Assembly (NCBI GenBank): GCA_963727455.1
Contig: CAVSGG010000008.1
Coordinates: 160,001 to 224,000 of the forward strand
Reading direction: 5' to 3'
Origin: Candidatus Krumholzibacteriota bacterium
GTDB lineage: Bacteria > Krumholzibacteriota > Krumholzibacteriia > JAJRXK01
DNA: 64,000 bases
Position numbers and translations under genes: made by a program
Part shown: positions 38,295-47,706 of the stretch, piece after piece
How positions within the stretch are numbered: the first letter of the stretch is position 1
Layout of the letters: each line of letters starts with the position of its first letter
Notes under the pieces: generated by a model
Database searches by the model: none
Told to the model about the DNA's origin: nothing
Seen by the model: the letters and a program-made list of their open reading frames with translations, nothing else

Positions 38295-39153
38295 ATGTCG
38301 GCGCTTTCAGTTACTGCTCTCCGAGCGGCTGGACCGCGAATTGCGCCCGGAAGAACTCGAAGCACTGGGCTCGCATCTCAGCTCCTGTGCGGCCTGCCGG
38401 GAAGTGGCCACCGCCCTGCGCCTCAGCGATACCCTGGCTCGGGAAGCTCCTGCGCCCGCCCCCCTCGCCGGAGATCGTTTGGAACAGCTGGTCGATGGGG
38501 TGATGGCAGATGTGGAGGCGGAGAAGGACGATGCCTTCCCGACGCCACTTCGAGGCATGCCCAACTGGAGAGAGTTGCTCGGAAGCTGGGCCTTTCCCTC
38601 GGTAGCGGGAGTGGTGGCCCTGGCGGTGCTGGCCTTCTTCCTTTTGCGTTCGCCGCAAGCTCCCTTGCCGACCACCACGGGCGGAAGCGTAGACAAGGAC
38701 CTGCTCGTACCCGCGGAAAATTCTCCGCAAACCGCGGGGGACGCGGAGTTGCCGGCACGAGAGGAAAACGAGAAGCGCGAGTTCTTCGGCACAGAGAAGA
38801 GTGCGCCTGCCGATCAGGGAGTGCGCAAGGAGCAAGCGGCTCCGCAAGCGAAAGAAATGGCCGAGGCGAAGCCCTCGTCGCGGGAGTCCCTCAACCAGCA
38901 GCAGCCTGTGAGTCTGGACGAACAGTCCAATTCGAAGATCGCGGCGGCGGGCTCCTTTCGCGCCGCCCAACTACCTGACTCCCTCGCGGTGCTGCATGCT
39001 CTGGGAGTCCGCCTCCCGCTCAGCGAGGCACAGAGGGACTCGCTGCGCGCCGCCTGGAACGCACGGCTGAAGGAGAGCGCCGATTCCACGGAACAGGAGC
39101 AGCTGCGGGCGGCGCTCGAGGCCCTGAAGAAGCTGCCCCCGCCGCAGGACTAG
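38278..39153 (+). CDS. Zinc-finger (zf-HC2) membrane anti-sigma factor
   Basis: C...LLSERLD.EL...HLSSCAAC (HxxxCxxC), one TM; overlaps the sigma gene. Confidence 0.85.
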   Translation: MTDRSECRRFQLLLSERLDRELRPEELEALGSHLSSCAACREVATALRLSDTLAREAPAPAPLAGDRLEQLVDGVMADVEAEKDDAFPTPLRGMPNWRELLGSWAFPSVAGVVALAVLAFFLLRSPQAPLPTTTGGSVDKDLLVPAENSPQTAGDAELPAREENEKREFFGTEKSAPADQGVRKEQAAPQAKEMAEAKPSSRESLNQQQPVSLDEQSNSKIAAAGSFRAAQLPDSLAVLHALGVRLPLSEAQRDSLRAAWNARLKESADSTEQEQLRAALEALKKLPPPQD

Positions 39154-39161
39154 AAGCGCAA

Positions 39162-40016
39162 TTAGGCCATTGCGTCCTCGAACATCCGCCGCAGACGCAC
39201 CGCGGTGGCCGGCGCGTGGCCCGCATAGTGGTTGTTGACAAAAACCAGGACGGGAACGCCGTCCTTTACCCGCCGCACGAGAAAGGTGACCCAGCGATCC
39301 AGGCGCTCGCTCTGGTCGATCACTTCCTTCCCCCAGCTCTTGGTGATGGCCTCGATCCGCTGGCGATCGCCGAGCAGCCGCACATAGACCGGCTTAGCCG
39401 TGACCAGCTCCAGTTTTCCCTCGAGCTCGTCGCCGTGGGGCATCCAGGCCTGATCCACCACCGTCAAACTCACATCGCGCGCGCGTAGGAGAGAAACGTA
39501 TTCCGGCACGAGCCAGCTCTTGTTGCGGATCTCCACCGCGTAGCGAAACTCGCTTGGCAGATCCTCGAGAAATCGTTCGAGGCGTTCGAAGAAGTCACCA
39601 CGCCGAGCGAAGGTCCGCCGGTTGAAGTAGGGAAACTGCAGAAGGAGCGGGCCCAGTTTGTCTCCCAGTAGCGCCATGTTCGCCAGGAATGCGTCGCGAT
39701 CGCGATAGCAGTGCTCGGCGCTCAAAAGTCGCGAAGCATCGGGCTGCGCCCCCTTCCCCGCGTGCACGATGCTGCGTGGGAACTTGGCGCACACGAGGAA
39801 GCCCTCGGGTGTTTTCTCGTCCCAACCCTGCACGGTACGGCGATCGGGGACCGCGTAGTAGCTCGCATCGATCTCGACCGCGTCAAAATGCCGGGAGTAG
39901 ATCGAGAGGAACTCCCCGGGCGGTGTCTTGGGCGGATAGAAAGGTCCCACCCAGTCCTTACTGGAGAAGGACGAGCAGCCGAAGCGAACGAGATCGAGGG
40001 GTGAAGGTGTAGCCAT
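39162..40016 (-). CDS. DUF72 domain protein
   Basis: DWVGPFYP, VEIDASYY, LGPLLLQFP, AVEIRN, YVRLLG, NNHYAGHAP. Confidence 0.93.
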   Translation of the reverse strand: MATPSPLDLVRFGCSSFSSKDWVGPFYPPKTPPGEFLSIYSRHFDAVEIDASYYAVPDRRTVQGWDEKTPEGFLVCAKFPRSIVHAGKGAQPDASRLLSAEHCYRDRDAFLANMALLGDKLGPLLLQFPYFNRRTFARRGDFFERLERFLEDLPSEFRYAVEIRNKSWLVPEYVSLLRARDVSLTVVDQAWMPHGDELEGKLELVTAKPVYVRLLGDRQRIEAITKSWGKEVIDQSERLDRWVTFLVRRVKDGVPVLVFVNNHYAGHAPATAVRLRRMFEDAMA

Positions 40017-40068
40017 GACGCTCCCAGGATAGCGGAGAAACGAGCGAATGGGGAGGATCAGGCCTCCC

Positions 40069-40097
40069 TTGCACCAAAGCGGGGCCTGGAATACACT
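40069..40097 (+). promoter_or_regulatory. Putative sigma70 promoter of the peptide transporter
   Basis: TTGCAC-17 nt-TACACT. Confidence 0.55.
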
Positions 40098-40198
40098 CGC
40101 GCGACTCCATGCCCGTGTCTCGCCCTTGGGCTGGGAGTTCTTGCGCGAAGGCGGACCAAGCCTTCACTCACCTTCTCCTCTCCCAGGAGCCCTGCCGC

Positions 40199-41704
40199 AT
40201 GAGCGACATGACCGCCGAGGATCACAAGTACGACCGCGCCTTTTTTGGCCACCCCCGGGGCCTGAGCACCCTCTTCTTCACTGAGTTGTGGGAACGCTTC
40301 AGTTACTACGGCATGCGCGCCTTGCTGCTCCTGTTCATGACCGACACGGCCCGACACGGCTTCGGCTGGGACACCGCCAAGTCGGCCGCGGTCTACGGTC
40401 TCTACACTTTCGGGGTGTACGCGGTAGCCCTACCCGGTGGCTGGATTGCCGACCGGGTCCTGGGACAAAAACGGTCGGTGCTTTGGGGCGGAATCATCAT
40501 TGCCTTGGGACACTATACTCTGGCACTTCCCGCCCTCGTTCCCTCGACCTCGGTCAGCGCTTTCTACGCCGGGCTCTTTCTCATCGTGATGGGAACCGGT
40601 CTGTTGAAACCCAACGTGAGTGCCATCGTGGGCGAGCTGTATCCGGAGGGCGGGGGACGTCGCGATGCCGGTTTTTCGATTTTCTACATGGGAATCAATA
40701 TTGGCGCTTTCGCCGGTCCGCTGATCTGCTCCTATCTGGGGGAGAAGGTCGACTGGCACCTGGGCTTTTCTGCGGCCGGCATCGGCATGACCCTGGGACT
40801 CATCCAGTACGTCTACGGCTGGAAGTTCCTGCACGGGAAGGGAGAGCTCGGTCCCGAGCAGTCCGAACCGGCTGCCATGAGCGAGGGCAGACGGCGTCTC
40901 ACTCTGGGTGTGGGCATCATTTGTCTGCTCATCCTGTTGTTGGTGGGGCTGAAGTGGCTAGGAATCGTCTCGTTCACGCTGGTATCCTTCGTACGCGGCA
41001 CGGGGGTTCTACTTCTCGCACTGGCGGTACTCTACTTCGCCTACATGATCTTCATTGCTTGCAAGACCCGGGAGGAGAAGGGGCGCGTCTTCGTGATCTT
41101 CCTGCTCTTCTTGGGAGCGGCGATGTTCTGGAGCGGCTTCGAGCAGGCCGGCTCCTCGATGAATCTCTTCGCGAAGGAATACACCAATCGCGTGGTCTTC
41201 GGCTGGGAGGCACCTGCCGGGTATCTCCAATCGGTGAACCCGCTCTTCATCGTGCTTCTCGCTCCGGTAATCGGCGCTCTGTGGGTGAAGCTGGGTGCGA
41301 GCAATCCCTCCATCCCTACGAAATTCGCCATGGGGCTCGTGCTCCTGGGAGTGGGCTTCTTGGTGATGGCCTGGGGCAGCCAGTACATCCAGGCGGGTAA
41401 GGTGAGCCCGATGTGGCTGGTGACCACCTACTTCTTCCACACCGTGGGCGAGCTCTGTCTCTCCCCGGTGGGTTTGAGTTCGATCACCAAGCTCTCGCCC
41501 CACCGCTTGGTGAGCCAGATGATGGGGACCTGGTTCCTGGGCGCCGCCCTGGGCAATCTCATCGCAGGACTCGTGGCGGGCTACATCGACGAGCTCCCCA
41601 AGGACGAGCTCTTCGGAGTGGTGGCAGCTATCGTCATCGTGACCGGTCTACTTTTCTTCATCTTCCACAAGCCGATCGATCGGATGTGTCACGGCATCAA
41701 GTAG
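40199..41704 (+). CDS. POT/PTR family proton-dependent di/tripeptide transporter
   Basis: ELWERFSYYGMR (ExxERFxYY), GTGLLKPN, FYMGINIG, GELCLSPVGLS. Confidence 0.96.
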   Translation: MSDMTAEDHKYDRAFFGHPRGLSTLFFTELWERFSYYGMRALLLLFMTDTARHGFGWDTAKSAAVYGLYTFGVYAVALPGGWIADRVLGQKRSVLWGGIIIALGHYTLALPALVPSTSVSAFYAGLFLIVMGTGLLKPNVSAIVGELYPEGGGRRDAGFSIFYMGINIGAFAGPLICSYLGEKVDWHLGFSAAGIGMTLGLIQYVYGWKFLHGKGELGPEQSEPAAMSEGRRRLTLGVGIICLLILLLVGLKWLGIVSFTLVSFVRGTGVLLLALAVLYFAYMIFIACKTREEKGRVFVIFLLFLGAAMFWSGFEQAGSSMNLFAKEYTNRVVFGWEAPAGYLQSVNPLFIVLLAPVIGALWVKLGASNPSIPTKFAMGLVLLGVGFLVMAWGSQYIQAGKVSPMWLVTTYFFHTVGELCLSPVGLSSITKLSPHRLVSQMMGTWFLGAALGNLIAGLVAGYIDELPKDELFGVVAAIVIVTGLLFFIFHKPIDRMCHGIK

Positions 41705-41729
41705 CGCAGGGGAATAGCGAGCGCAGGAC

Positions 41730-43277
41730 ATGACGCGCCAGATGGCCATCCTCATCATCCCGGCGATGCTCGTCGTCCTCGGGCTGGTCTTTCATTCGCT
41801 GCGCACGCGAGGCAAGCGCGACACCCTGGAGTTTTTTGGGGCCGCGCTCATTTTCGGGGTGCTGCGCGGCAACATCATCTGGTGGATCACCACCGTCCAC
41901 TTCGAGGGCAAGTTCCCCTACATCTTCGCCAAGCAGGTGCTGGGGATCTACCACGATTCCTTCACCGCCGACGCGGGCTGGATCCTCTGTCTCTATCTGG
42001 GAATGGTGCTGGCCTCGCGTATCCTGCAGCGCATCCCCGCGCTTCAGGGCCGCGTCTTTCCCCTGCTGTCCCTGGCCTGTCTCTTCCATCTCTGCCTGGC
42101 CTACGCGGTGGAGTCGACCGCGATCACCATGGGCTGGTGGCAGTGGACCCTGTCGACCAAGAGCTCGGTGCTGCGCGACGTTCCCACCACCGGGCTGTGG
42201 GCCTGGTTCTCGGTGGGCTTCGATTTCTGGATGCCCTATCTGCTGATTCGCTACTGCGCCCGGCCAGGGAGAACGTGGCCTTATCTTACGATCCTCATCT
42301 TCCCCTTGCACATGCTCACCCACTTGAGCAACGAGCGCGCGGGACACCTTCTGCCCATCACCCCCTACGGGATCTACCACTGGCTGATGCTGCTGGCGGT
42401 CATGATTCTCCCCTTTGCCAGCGCTCTGCGTCTGGAGCGGCCGTGGCTCGGTGAGGCTTTGCCGGCGAGCCAAGGGACGAAGGGCAAGAAGGGAAGGGAA
42501 GGGGTCGCGCGCGCGGCGGGCCCCGTGATTCGCGCCATCCCCACTCTGGGCCTTTTGGTGGTGGTCGCGGTCCTACTCTATTGCGATCTCATCCTGCACC
42601 ACGCGCCCGGTCTGCTGACCGCCAAGCTGCCCCTGCTCCTCTACTTCCTGCTCACCCTCAGCTTCGTTCCCGCCCTGGTCGTGTTGGTGCTGGCCGCCTT
42701 GGCCGCCATTTTCGGCGGAGTCTTCTTCGTGGCGCCCTTGGGGATTCCCCTCTTCTACTTCGCGCTGAAGGGCAAGGAGCGTTTCGAGAAGTGGCCCTGG
42801 CTCAAGTGGGCCTACCTGCTGGTGCCGATCGTGCTCAGCGTGTGGCATTACCAGTGGAGCGTGGCCAAGGACCGCCTGGACATGCGCTACTGGGCGCTCA
42901 TCGACCAGGGAACCGCTCTGGCCAAGCACGACAGCGCGGGAGCGATCGCCCACTTCAAGAGCGCGAGCGAGCTGAAGCCCTACAGCATTCCGGCCTACGA
43001 AAGATTGGTCATCATCTACACCCAGCAGCGGGACCTGGACGACGCGGAAGCGGTCTTGAAGAAGCTGATGGAATTGCGACCCGCGAGCGCGGAAGTAAGG
43101 GCCAACTTCGGCACCATCGCGATCATGCGCGGCAACTACGACGAGGCCCAGGAGTGGTTCGAAAAGGCGCTCAAGCTGGACCCGCACCACCGCTACAGCC
43201 GACGGATGCTCGCCAACCTCGACAAGTTGCGCCAGGGCGGAAAGTGGAAGGACGCGACCTCGCTTCCCGATCAATAG
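41730..43277 (+). CDS. Polytopic membrane protein with C-terminal TPR; N-terminus resembles DUF422/CruF-like proteins
   Basis: Many TM segments, GWWQW...DVPTTGLWAWF; TPR ANFGTIAIMRGNYDEAQEWFEKALKLDP. Confidence 0.7.
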   Translation: MTRQMAILIIPAMLVVLGLVFHSLRTRGKRDTLEFFGAALIFGVLRGNIIWWITTVHFEGKFPYIFAKQVLGIYHDSFTADAGWILCLYLGMVLASRILQRIPALQGRVFPLLSLACLFHLCLAYAVESTAITMGWWQWTLSTKSSVLRDVPTTGLWAWFSVGFDFWMPYLLIRYCARPGRTWPYLTILIFPLHMLTHLSNERAGHLLPITPYGIYHWLMLLAVMILPFASALRLERPWLGEALPASQGTKGKKGREGVARAAGPVIRAIPTLGLLVVVAVLLYCDLILHHAPGLLTAKLPLLLYFLLTLSFVPALVVLVLAALAAIFGGVFFVAPLGIPLFYFALKGKERFEKWPWLKWAYLLVPIVLSVWHYQWSVAKDRLDMRYWALIDQGTALAKHDSAGAIAHFKSASELKPYSIPAYERLVIIYTQQRDLDDAEAVLKKLMELRPASAEVRANFGTIAIMRGNYDEAQEWFEKALKLDPHHRYSRRMLANLDKLRQGGKWKDATSLPDQ

Positions 43278-43292
43278 CGGTAGCGAGGTTCC

Positions 43293-44333
43293 TCAGGAGA
43301 CCTTGCTGCCCATGTCGTGGTAGCGCCGCTTCATGTCTTCGAGGGTGAGCGCCGGGACTTTGTCCGCGTTTCCCGCCTGTCCAAAGGCGATCATGCGTGC
43401 CTTGACGACCTCTTTCATGGCGGCCCGCGCCGGCTTCAGGTAGTCGCGCGGGTCGAACTTGCCGCCGTCTTCGGCGAAGACCTTGCGGATGGCACCGGTG
43501 ATGGCCAGACGGTTGTCGGTGTCGACGTTGATCTTGCGCACCCCGTGGCGAATCCCCTCTTGAATTTCCTCGACCGGTACTCCGTAGGTCTCGCGAATCT
43601 GACCGCCGTACTGATTGATGATGTCGACCAGTTCCTTGGGCACCGAGGAGCTGCCGTGCATCACCATGTGGGTGTTGGGCAGGCGCCGATGGATTTCGGC
43701 GATGATGTCCATCTTGAGGACTTCCCCGGTGGGCTTCTTGGTGAATTTGTAGGCGCCGTGGCTGGTGCCGATGGCCACCGCGAGGGCGTCACAACCGGTC
43801 TGCGCCACGAATTCCTCGGCCTGCGCCGGATCGGTCAGGTGGGCCAGGGCTTCCTCCCCGCTCAGTCCGGCTCCATGACCGTCCTCGATCCCACCCAGAC
43901 AGCCCAACTCCGCCTCCACCGTGACGCCCTTGGCGTGCGCGGCGTCCACGACCTTTTGCGTGACCTCGACGTTGTACTCGTAGCTCGAGGGTGTCTTGCC
44001 GTCCTCCTGCAGGGAGCCATCCATCATCACCGAGGTAAATCCCATCTCGATGGCGGAGAAGCAGGTCTGGGGCGAATTGCCGTGGTCCTGGTGCATGGCG
44101 ATGGGGATCTTGGGGTTGAGCTCGGAGGCCGCGAGCATCAAATGGCGCAGGTAGTTGTCATTGGAGTACGCCCGCGCCCCGCGGCTGGCCTGCACGATCA
44201 CCGGAGAATTGGTTTCCCGCGCCGCCTCCATGATGGCCTGAATCTGTTCCATGTTGTTCACGTTGAACGCGCCCACTCCGTAGTCGTTCTCGGCCGCGTG
44301 ATCGAGCAGTACGCGCATGGGTACCAGTGCCAT
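43293..44333 (-). CDS. fba: Fructose-bisphosphate aldolase class II
   Basis: [43 protein letters not shown]. Confidence 0.97.
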   Translation of the reverse strand: MALVPMRVLLDHAAENDYGVGAFNVNNMEQIQAIMEAARETNSPVIVQASRGARAYSNDNYLRHLMLAASELNPKIPIAMHQDHGNSPQTCFSAIEMGFTSVMMDGSLQEDGKTPSSYEYNVEVTQKVVDAAHAKGVTVEAELGCLGGIEDGHGAGLSGEEALAHLTDPAQAEEFVAQTGCDALAVAIGTSHGAYKFTKKPTGEVLKMDIIAEIHRRLPNTHMVMHGSSSVPKELVDIINQYGGQIRETYGVPVEEIQEGIRHGVRKINVDTDNRLAITGAIRKVFAEDGGKFDPRDYLKPARAAMKEVVKARMIAFGQAGNADKVPALTLEDMKRRYHDMGSKVS

Positions 44334-44489
44334 CGTTCATCCTCCTGTTTCCGCGAAAAAGTCCGCCTTCTCCGCTCGATTCCCTTCGTCCCGCTCAAGG
44401 AGCGGGCGTCGATGCATGTGCGCCTTGTGATTCCGTTCGTCGCTGAAAAGATGACGCCTTCTCATCGGCTCGCCAGTTTCGTTTCGCTT

Positions 44490-45719
44490 TCAGGCGGGCC
44501 TGGTCTCTTTCAAGCAGCGCAGAAGCTCGTCGATGTCCGCTTCGGTGTGGGCCGCGTTGATTTGCACGCGAATCGTCTCGTCCCCGCGCGGCACCACAGG
44601 AAAGGTGAGTCCCACCACGAGGATGCCCCTCGCAAAGAGCTGGCTCACCCAGCGTCGCGTCTTCTCGGTGTCACGCACCAAGAGCGGGACTACCGGATGG
44701 GGCCCCGGAATGGACTCCAACCCCAAGAGCGCCACCCCGCGCCGGAACTGAGCCACCCGCTCGTGCAGGTGCTTCAGGCGCTTTTGACCCTCGGGCGAGG
44801 CGGCCAGTTCGACCGCGGCCAGCGCGGCCGCGCAGTCGGCCACTCCGAGCGGGTTCGTGTAGATGTAGGTGTCGGCCTTCTGACGTACCGCTTCGATGAG
44901 CTGGGCGCTCCCCGCGATGAAACCGCCGTTCACCCCGAAGGCCTTGCCGAAGGTCCCCACCACCACGTCCGCCTTTGCCTGGGTGAATTCCTCGGTGCCG
45001 CGAGCCGTATCCCCGTAGGCTCCGATCCCGTGCGAATCGTCCACGATGATGAGGATTCCCTCCTCGAAGCGCCCCTCGTGCGCAGCCACGATCTCACGGA
45101 TCTTCGCCAAGGGCGCGAAGTCGCCGCGCATACTGAAGATTCCGTCGCAGATCACCAGGACGCGCTTCATCCCCGCAGGCACCGCCTCCAGGCACTTTCT
45201 GAGTTCGGCCATGTCGTTATGGGCATAGATGGCCCGCTGTTGCGAAGGCACTCCGGCGATGCGCATTCCGCGGATGATGCAGTTGTGGTTGAGAGCGTCG
45301 CCAATCCAGTAGCTCTGTTTCCCGGCCAGGGTGAGGGCCAGGCCCAGATTGCTGGTATAGGCGGAATTGAAGATCTTGGCGGCTGGCTTGCCCAGGTACC
45401 GGGCAATCGCAGTCTCGAGTTGGCGGTGGTGGCGGAAGGTGCCGTCGATGAAGCGCACCGCGCCCGGCCCGACACCGAATTCGTGGGTGGCGCGGTCAGC
45501 GGCCTCCACCAGCTTGGGGTGATCGGAAAGGGAGAGGTAGGAATTGGAGTTCATGCGCAGGAATTCCTGCTCGCTTTCCTGCAGCCTATAGCGCGGTCCC
45601 CGCTTTCCCTTGGCGGGGAGATACCCCACGATCACTCTCTCGGGCGCCTTGGCCCGACCCTCATCCTTCAGGCCCTGCAGCTCCTTGGCCAATGCCTCGT
45701 CGATCTTCTGCATGCTCAT
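44490..45719 (-). CDS. kbl: Alpha-oxoamine synthase family PLP enzyme (glycine C-acetyltransferase / BioF-like)
   Basis: SNSYL, GPGAVRFIDGT, DALNHNCII, DGIFSMRG, DDSHG, GTFGKAFG, RVQINA. Confidence 0.8.
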   Translation of the reverse strand: MSMQKIDEALAKELQGLKDEGRAKAPERVIVGYLPAKGKRGPRYRLQESEQEFLRMNSNSYLSLSDHPKLVEAADRATHEFGVGPGAVRFIDGTFRHHRQLETAIARYLGKPAAKIFNSAYTSNLGLALTLAGKQSYWIGDALNHNCIIRGMRIAGVPSQQRAIYAHNDMAELRKCLEAVPAGMKRVLVICDGIFSMRGDFAPLAKIREIVAAHEGRFEEGILIIVDDSHGIGAYGDTARGTEEFTQAKADVVVGTFGKAFGVNGGFIAGSAQLIEAVRQKADTYIYTNPLGVADCAAALAAVELAASPEGQKRLKHLHERVAQFRRGVALLGLESIPGPHPVVPLLVRDTEKTRRWVSQLFARGILVVGLTFPVVPRGDETIRVQINAAHTEADIDELLRCLKETRPA

Positions 45720-45969
45720 AACGGGTCCCTCCTCCAGCGTTCCGCGCCCTTCTCGCTCGGCGCGGGCAGTGTAGTGCAGGGCTCCTCGCGCTCGCAAGCA
45801 GACAGCGACCAGGGGGCGGGCACAAAAAAGTTGGGCTCGAGGCAAAAAAGTCAAGCGGAGGATGCTGCGCGACTAGGGTATTTGACCTATTATGAGGTCT
45901 ATCAACACGCTGTCGAGCCCTACGCCGGCTCGACCCCATCGATTGGTTCCAAGTCGCGGAGTTCGCGCC

Positions 45970-46110
45970 ATGAAGACGAGACACGACGCTGGCCAGAAGC
46001 GTCGCCCCTACAGTCCACCCGTAGTCAAGCGGCAGAGTAATCTCAAGTTGATCACGCTTTTCACCCAGATGGGTCCGGATTCGAAGCGGACGGCGAACGG
46101 TTCCCACTAG
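45970..46110 (+). CDS. Putative RiPP precursor with lasso-type leader (46 aa)
   Basis: MKTRHDAGQKRRPYSPPVVKRQSNLKLITLFTQMGPDSKRTANGSH; GGAG SD; lies in an otherwise empty gap; spacing matches YxxPxLxxxGxxxxxTx. Confidence 0.65.
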   Translation: MKTRHDAGQKRRPYSPPVVKRQSNLKLITLFTQMGPDSKRTANGSH

Positions 46111-46134
46111 GGCCGCTCACAAAGCGCCCGGCCC

Positions 46135-47028
46135 CTACAACTTTTGCTCGACTGGAACGTGCCGCTCTGCGTGATAAGAGGAGCGCACGAAGACGCCACT
46201 TTCGACATGCGCGAAGCCCAGGGTTTCCGCATGCGCACCGATTTGCTCGAATTCCTCCGGCGGAACCCAGCGTTCCACTGGCAAATGGCGCGCACTGGGT
46301 TGTAAATACTGCCCGATAGTCAAAATGTCGACCTCAGCTTCGCGCAAGCGTTCACAGACTTCGTAGATCTCGTCCAAGCTCTCTCCCAGCCCCAGCATCA
46401 AGCCACTCTTCGTCCGTAAAACCTTTTCCCCCTTGGCCTTGGCAGCGCGGGCCAGCAACTGGAGGCTGCGCGGAAAGTCCGAGCCGTGGCGTACCCGCGA
46501 GTAGAGCCGGGGCACCGTCTCCACGTTGTGGTTGAGGATCTCGGGCCGGGCGGCGAGGACGGTCTTCAAAGCCTCTTCGCTGCCCCCGAAATCGGGGATG
46601 AGAACTTCCACCGTACAGCCGGGGTTTTCGCGCCGGATGGCGGCGATGGTGGCCGCGAAGTGGGCCGCGCCCCCGTCCGGCAGATCGTCGCGATTGACGC
46701 TGGTGACCACGGCGTGGCCGAGACCCAGCTCCTGTACTGCTTGCGCCACATGCTCGGGCTCTGCGGGATCGAGCAGGGCGGTGGAGCCCTTCTTCACCGC
46801 GCAGAATCCGCAATGCCGCGTGCACACCTCCCCCATGAGCATGAAAGTGGCGGTCCGGGCCGACCAGCATTCGAAGAGGTTGGGGCACTGGGCTTCCTCG
46901 CAGACAGTGGTCAGATGCAGCGAGCGCATCATGGAGCTGACGCCCTTCACCGCCTCGGAATCGCGCAGACGCAGGCGCAGCCACGGCGGACGCTGCGCGA
47001 TGCGTTCCTTCAAGCTCTCCCTGGGCAT
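46135..47028 (-). CDS. lipA: Lipoyl synthase
   Basis: CEEAQCPNLFEC, CTRHCGFC, NHNVETV, GQYLQP, VRSSYHA. Confidence 0.97.
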   Translation of the reverse strand: MPRESLKERIAQRPPWLRLRLRDSEAVKGVSSMMRSLHLTTVCEEAQCPNLFECWSARTATFMLMGEVCTRHCGFCAVKKGSTALLDPAEPEHVAQAVQELGLGHAVVTSVNRDDLPDGGAAHFAATIAAIRRENPGCTVEVLIPDFGGSEEALKTVLAARPEILNHNVETVPRLYSRVRHGSDFPRSLQLLARAAKAKGEKVLRTKSGLMLGLGESLDEIYEVCERLREAEVDILTIGQYLQPSARHLPVERWVPPEEFEQIGAHAETLGFAHVESGVFVRSSYHAERHVPVEQKL

Positions 47029-47030
47029 GA

Positions 47031-47693
47031 TCAGCTCACCCCTTCCACCATCTCGCGTTCGAAGACCGCGCCGAACTCGGGAACGAGTGCACGGGTGACC
47101 CGCTCCAGGCTCAGCTCCGAAAGCCCGAGCTCCTCAAGGGAGCTGACTCGTTTGTCCTGAATCCCGCAGGGCACGATGGTTCCGAAAAAGCGCAGGTCAC
47201 AGTTCACGTTCAGCGCGAAACCGTGGCTGGTGACCCAATGGCTGAGACGCACTCCGATGGCGGCTACTTTGGCGTCAGCCACCCACACCCCGGTGTAGCT
47301 CGGATGCCGTCCCGCCTGGATTTGGAACTTAGCCAGCACTCGGATCAAAACCTCCTCGAGACGCCGTAGGTAGCGGTGCGCGTCCCGTTCCCCTTCCCGC
47401 AATTGCAGGATAGGATAGCCCACGAGCTGTCCGGGGCCGTGATAGGTCACGTCGCCTCCCCGCCCGGATTCGTGCACCGTGAGATGGAGCCGTTCGCGCG
47501 CCGCCGGGTCCACTAGAATGTGTTCCTCACTCGCACGGCTTCCTTTGGTGAGAACGTGCGGATGCTCGAGCAACAGGAGCTGATCGGGGATCTCTCCCTG
47601 CCGACGCCGGCGCACCAGTTCCTCTTGCAAGCGGACGGCTTCCTCGTACCCCATGCAGCCGAGTGAGCGATAGTGACACGGAGGAAGTGGCAT
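47031..47693 (-). CDS. lipB: Octanoyltransferase
   Basis: LLEHPHV, RGGDVTYHGPGQLVGYP, KVAAIG, HGFALN, IVPCGI. Confidence 0.97.
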   Translation of the reverse strand: MPLPPCHYRSLGCMGYEEAVRLQEELVRRRRQGEIPDQLLLLEHPHVLTKGSRASEEHILVDPAARERLHLTVHESGRGGDVTYHGPGQLVGYPILQLREGERDAHRYLRRLEEVLIRVLAKFQIQAGRHPSYTGVWVADAKVAAIGVRLSHWVTSHGFALNVNCDLRFFGTIVPCGIQDKRVSSLEELGLSELSLERVTRALVPEFGAVFEREMVEGVS

Positions 47694-47706
47694 TTCCGCC
47701 CTACCC

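Noticed and set aside
43293-44333. fba as evidence of a Calvin cycle
   Set aside because: This class II subtype is common in heterotrophs, and there is no RuBisCO or phosphoribulokinase in the window.
45892-45969. Longer 72-aa version of the precursor ORF
   Set aside because: The upstream ATG lies inside the promoter-like inverted repeat and has no clear SD; ATG 45970 has GGAG and gives a typical precursor length.
43317-46040. 907-aa plus-strand ORF
   Set aside because: Antisense shadow of fba and kbl caused by high-GC codon bias; no recognisable motifs. The same applies to the many other overlapping antisense ORFs in the track.
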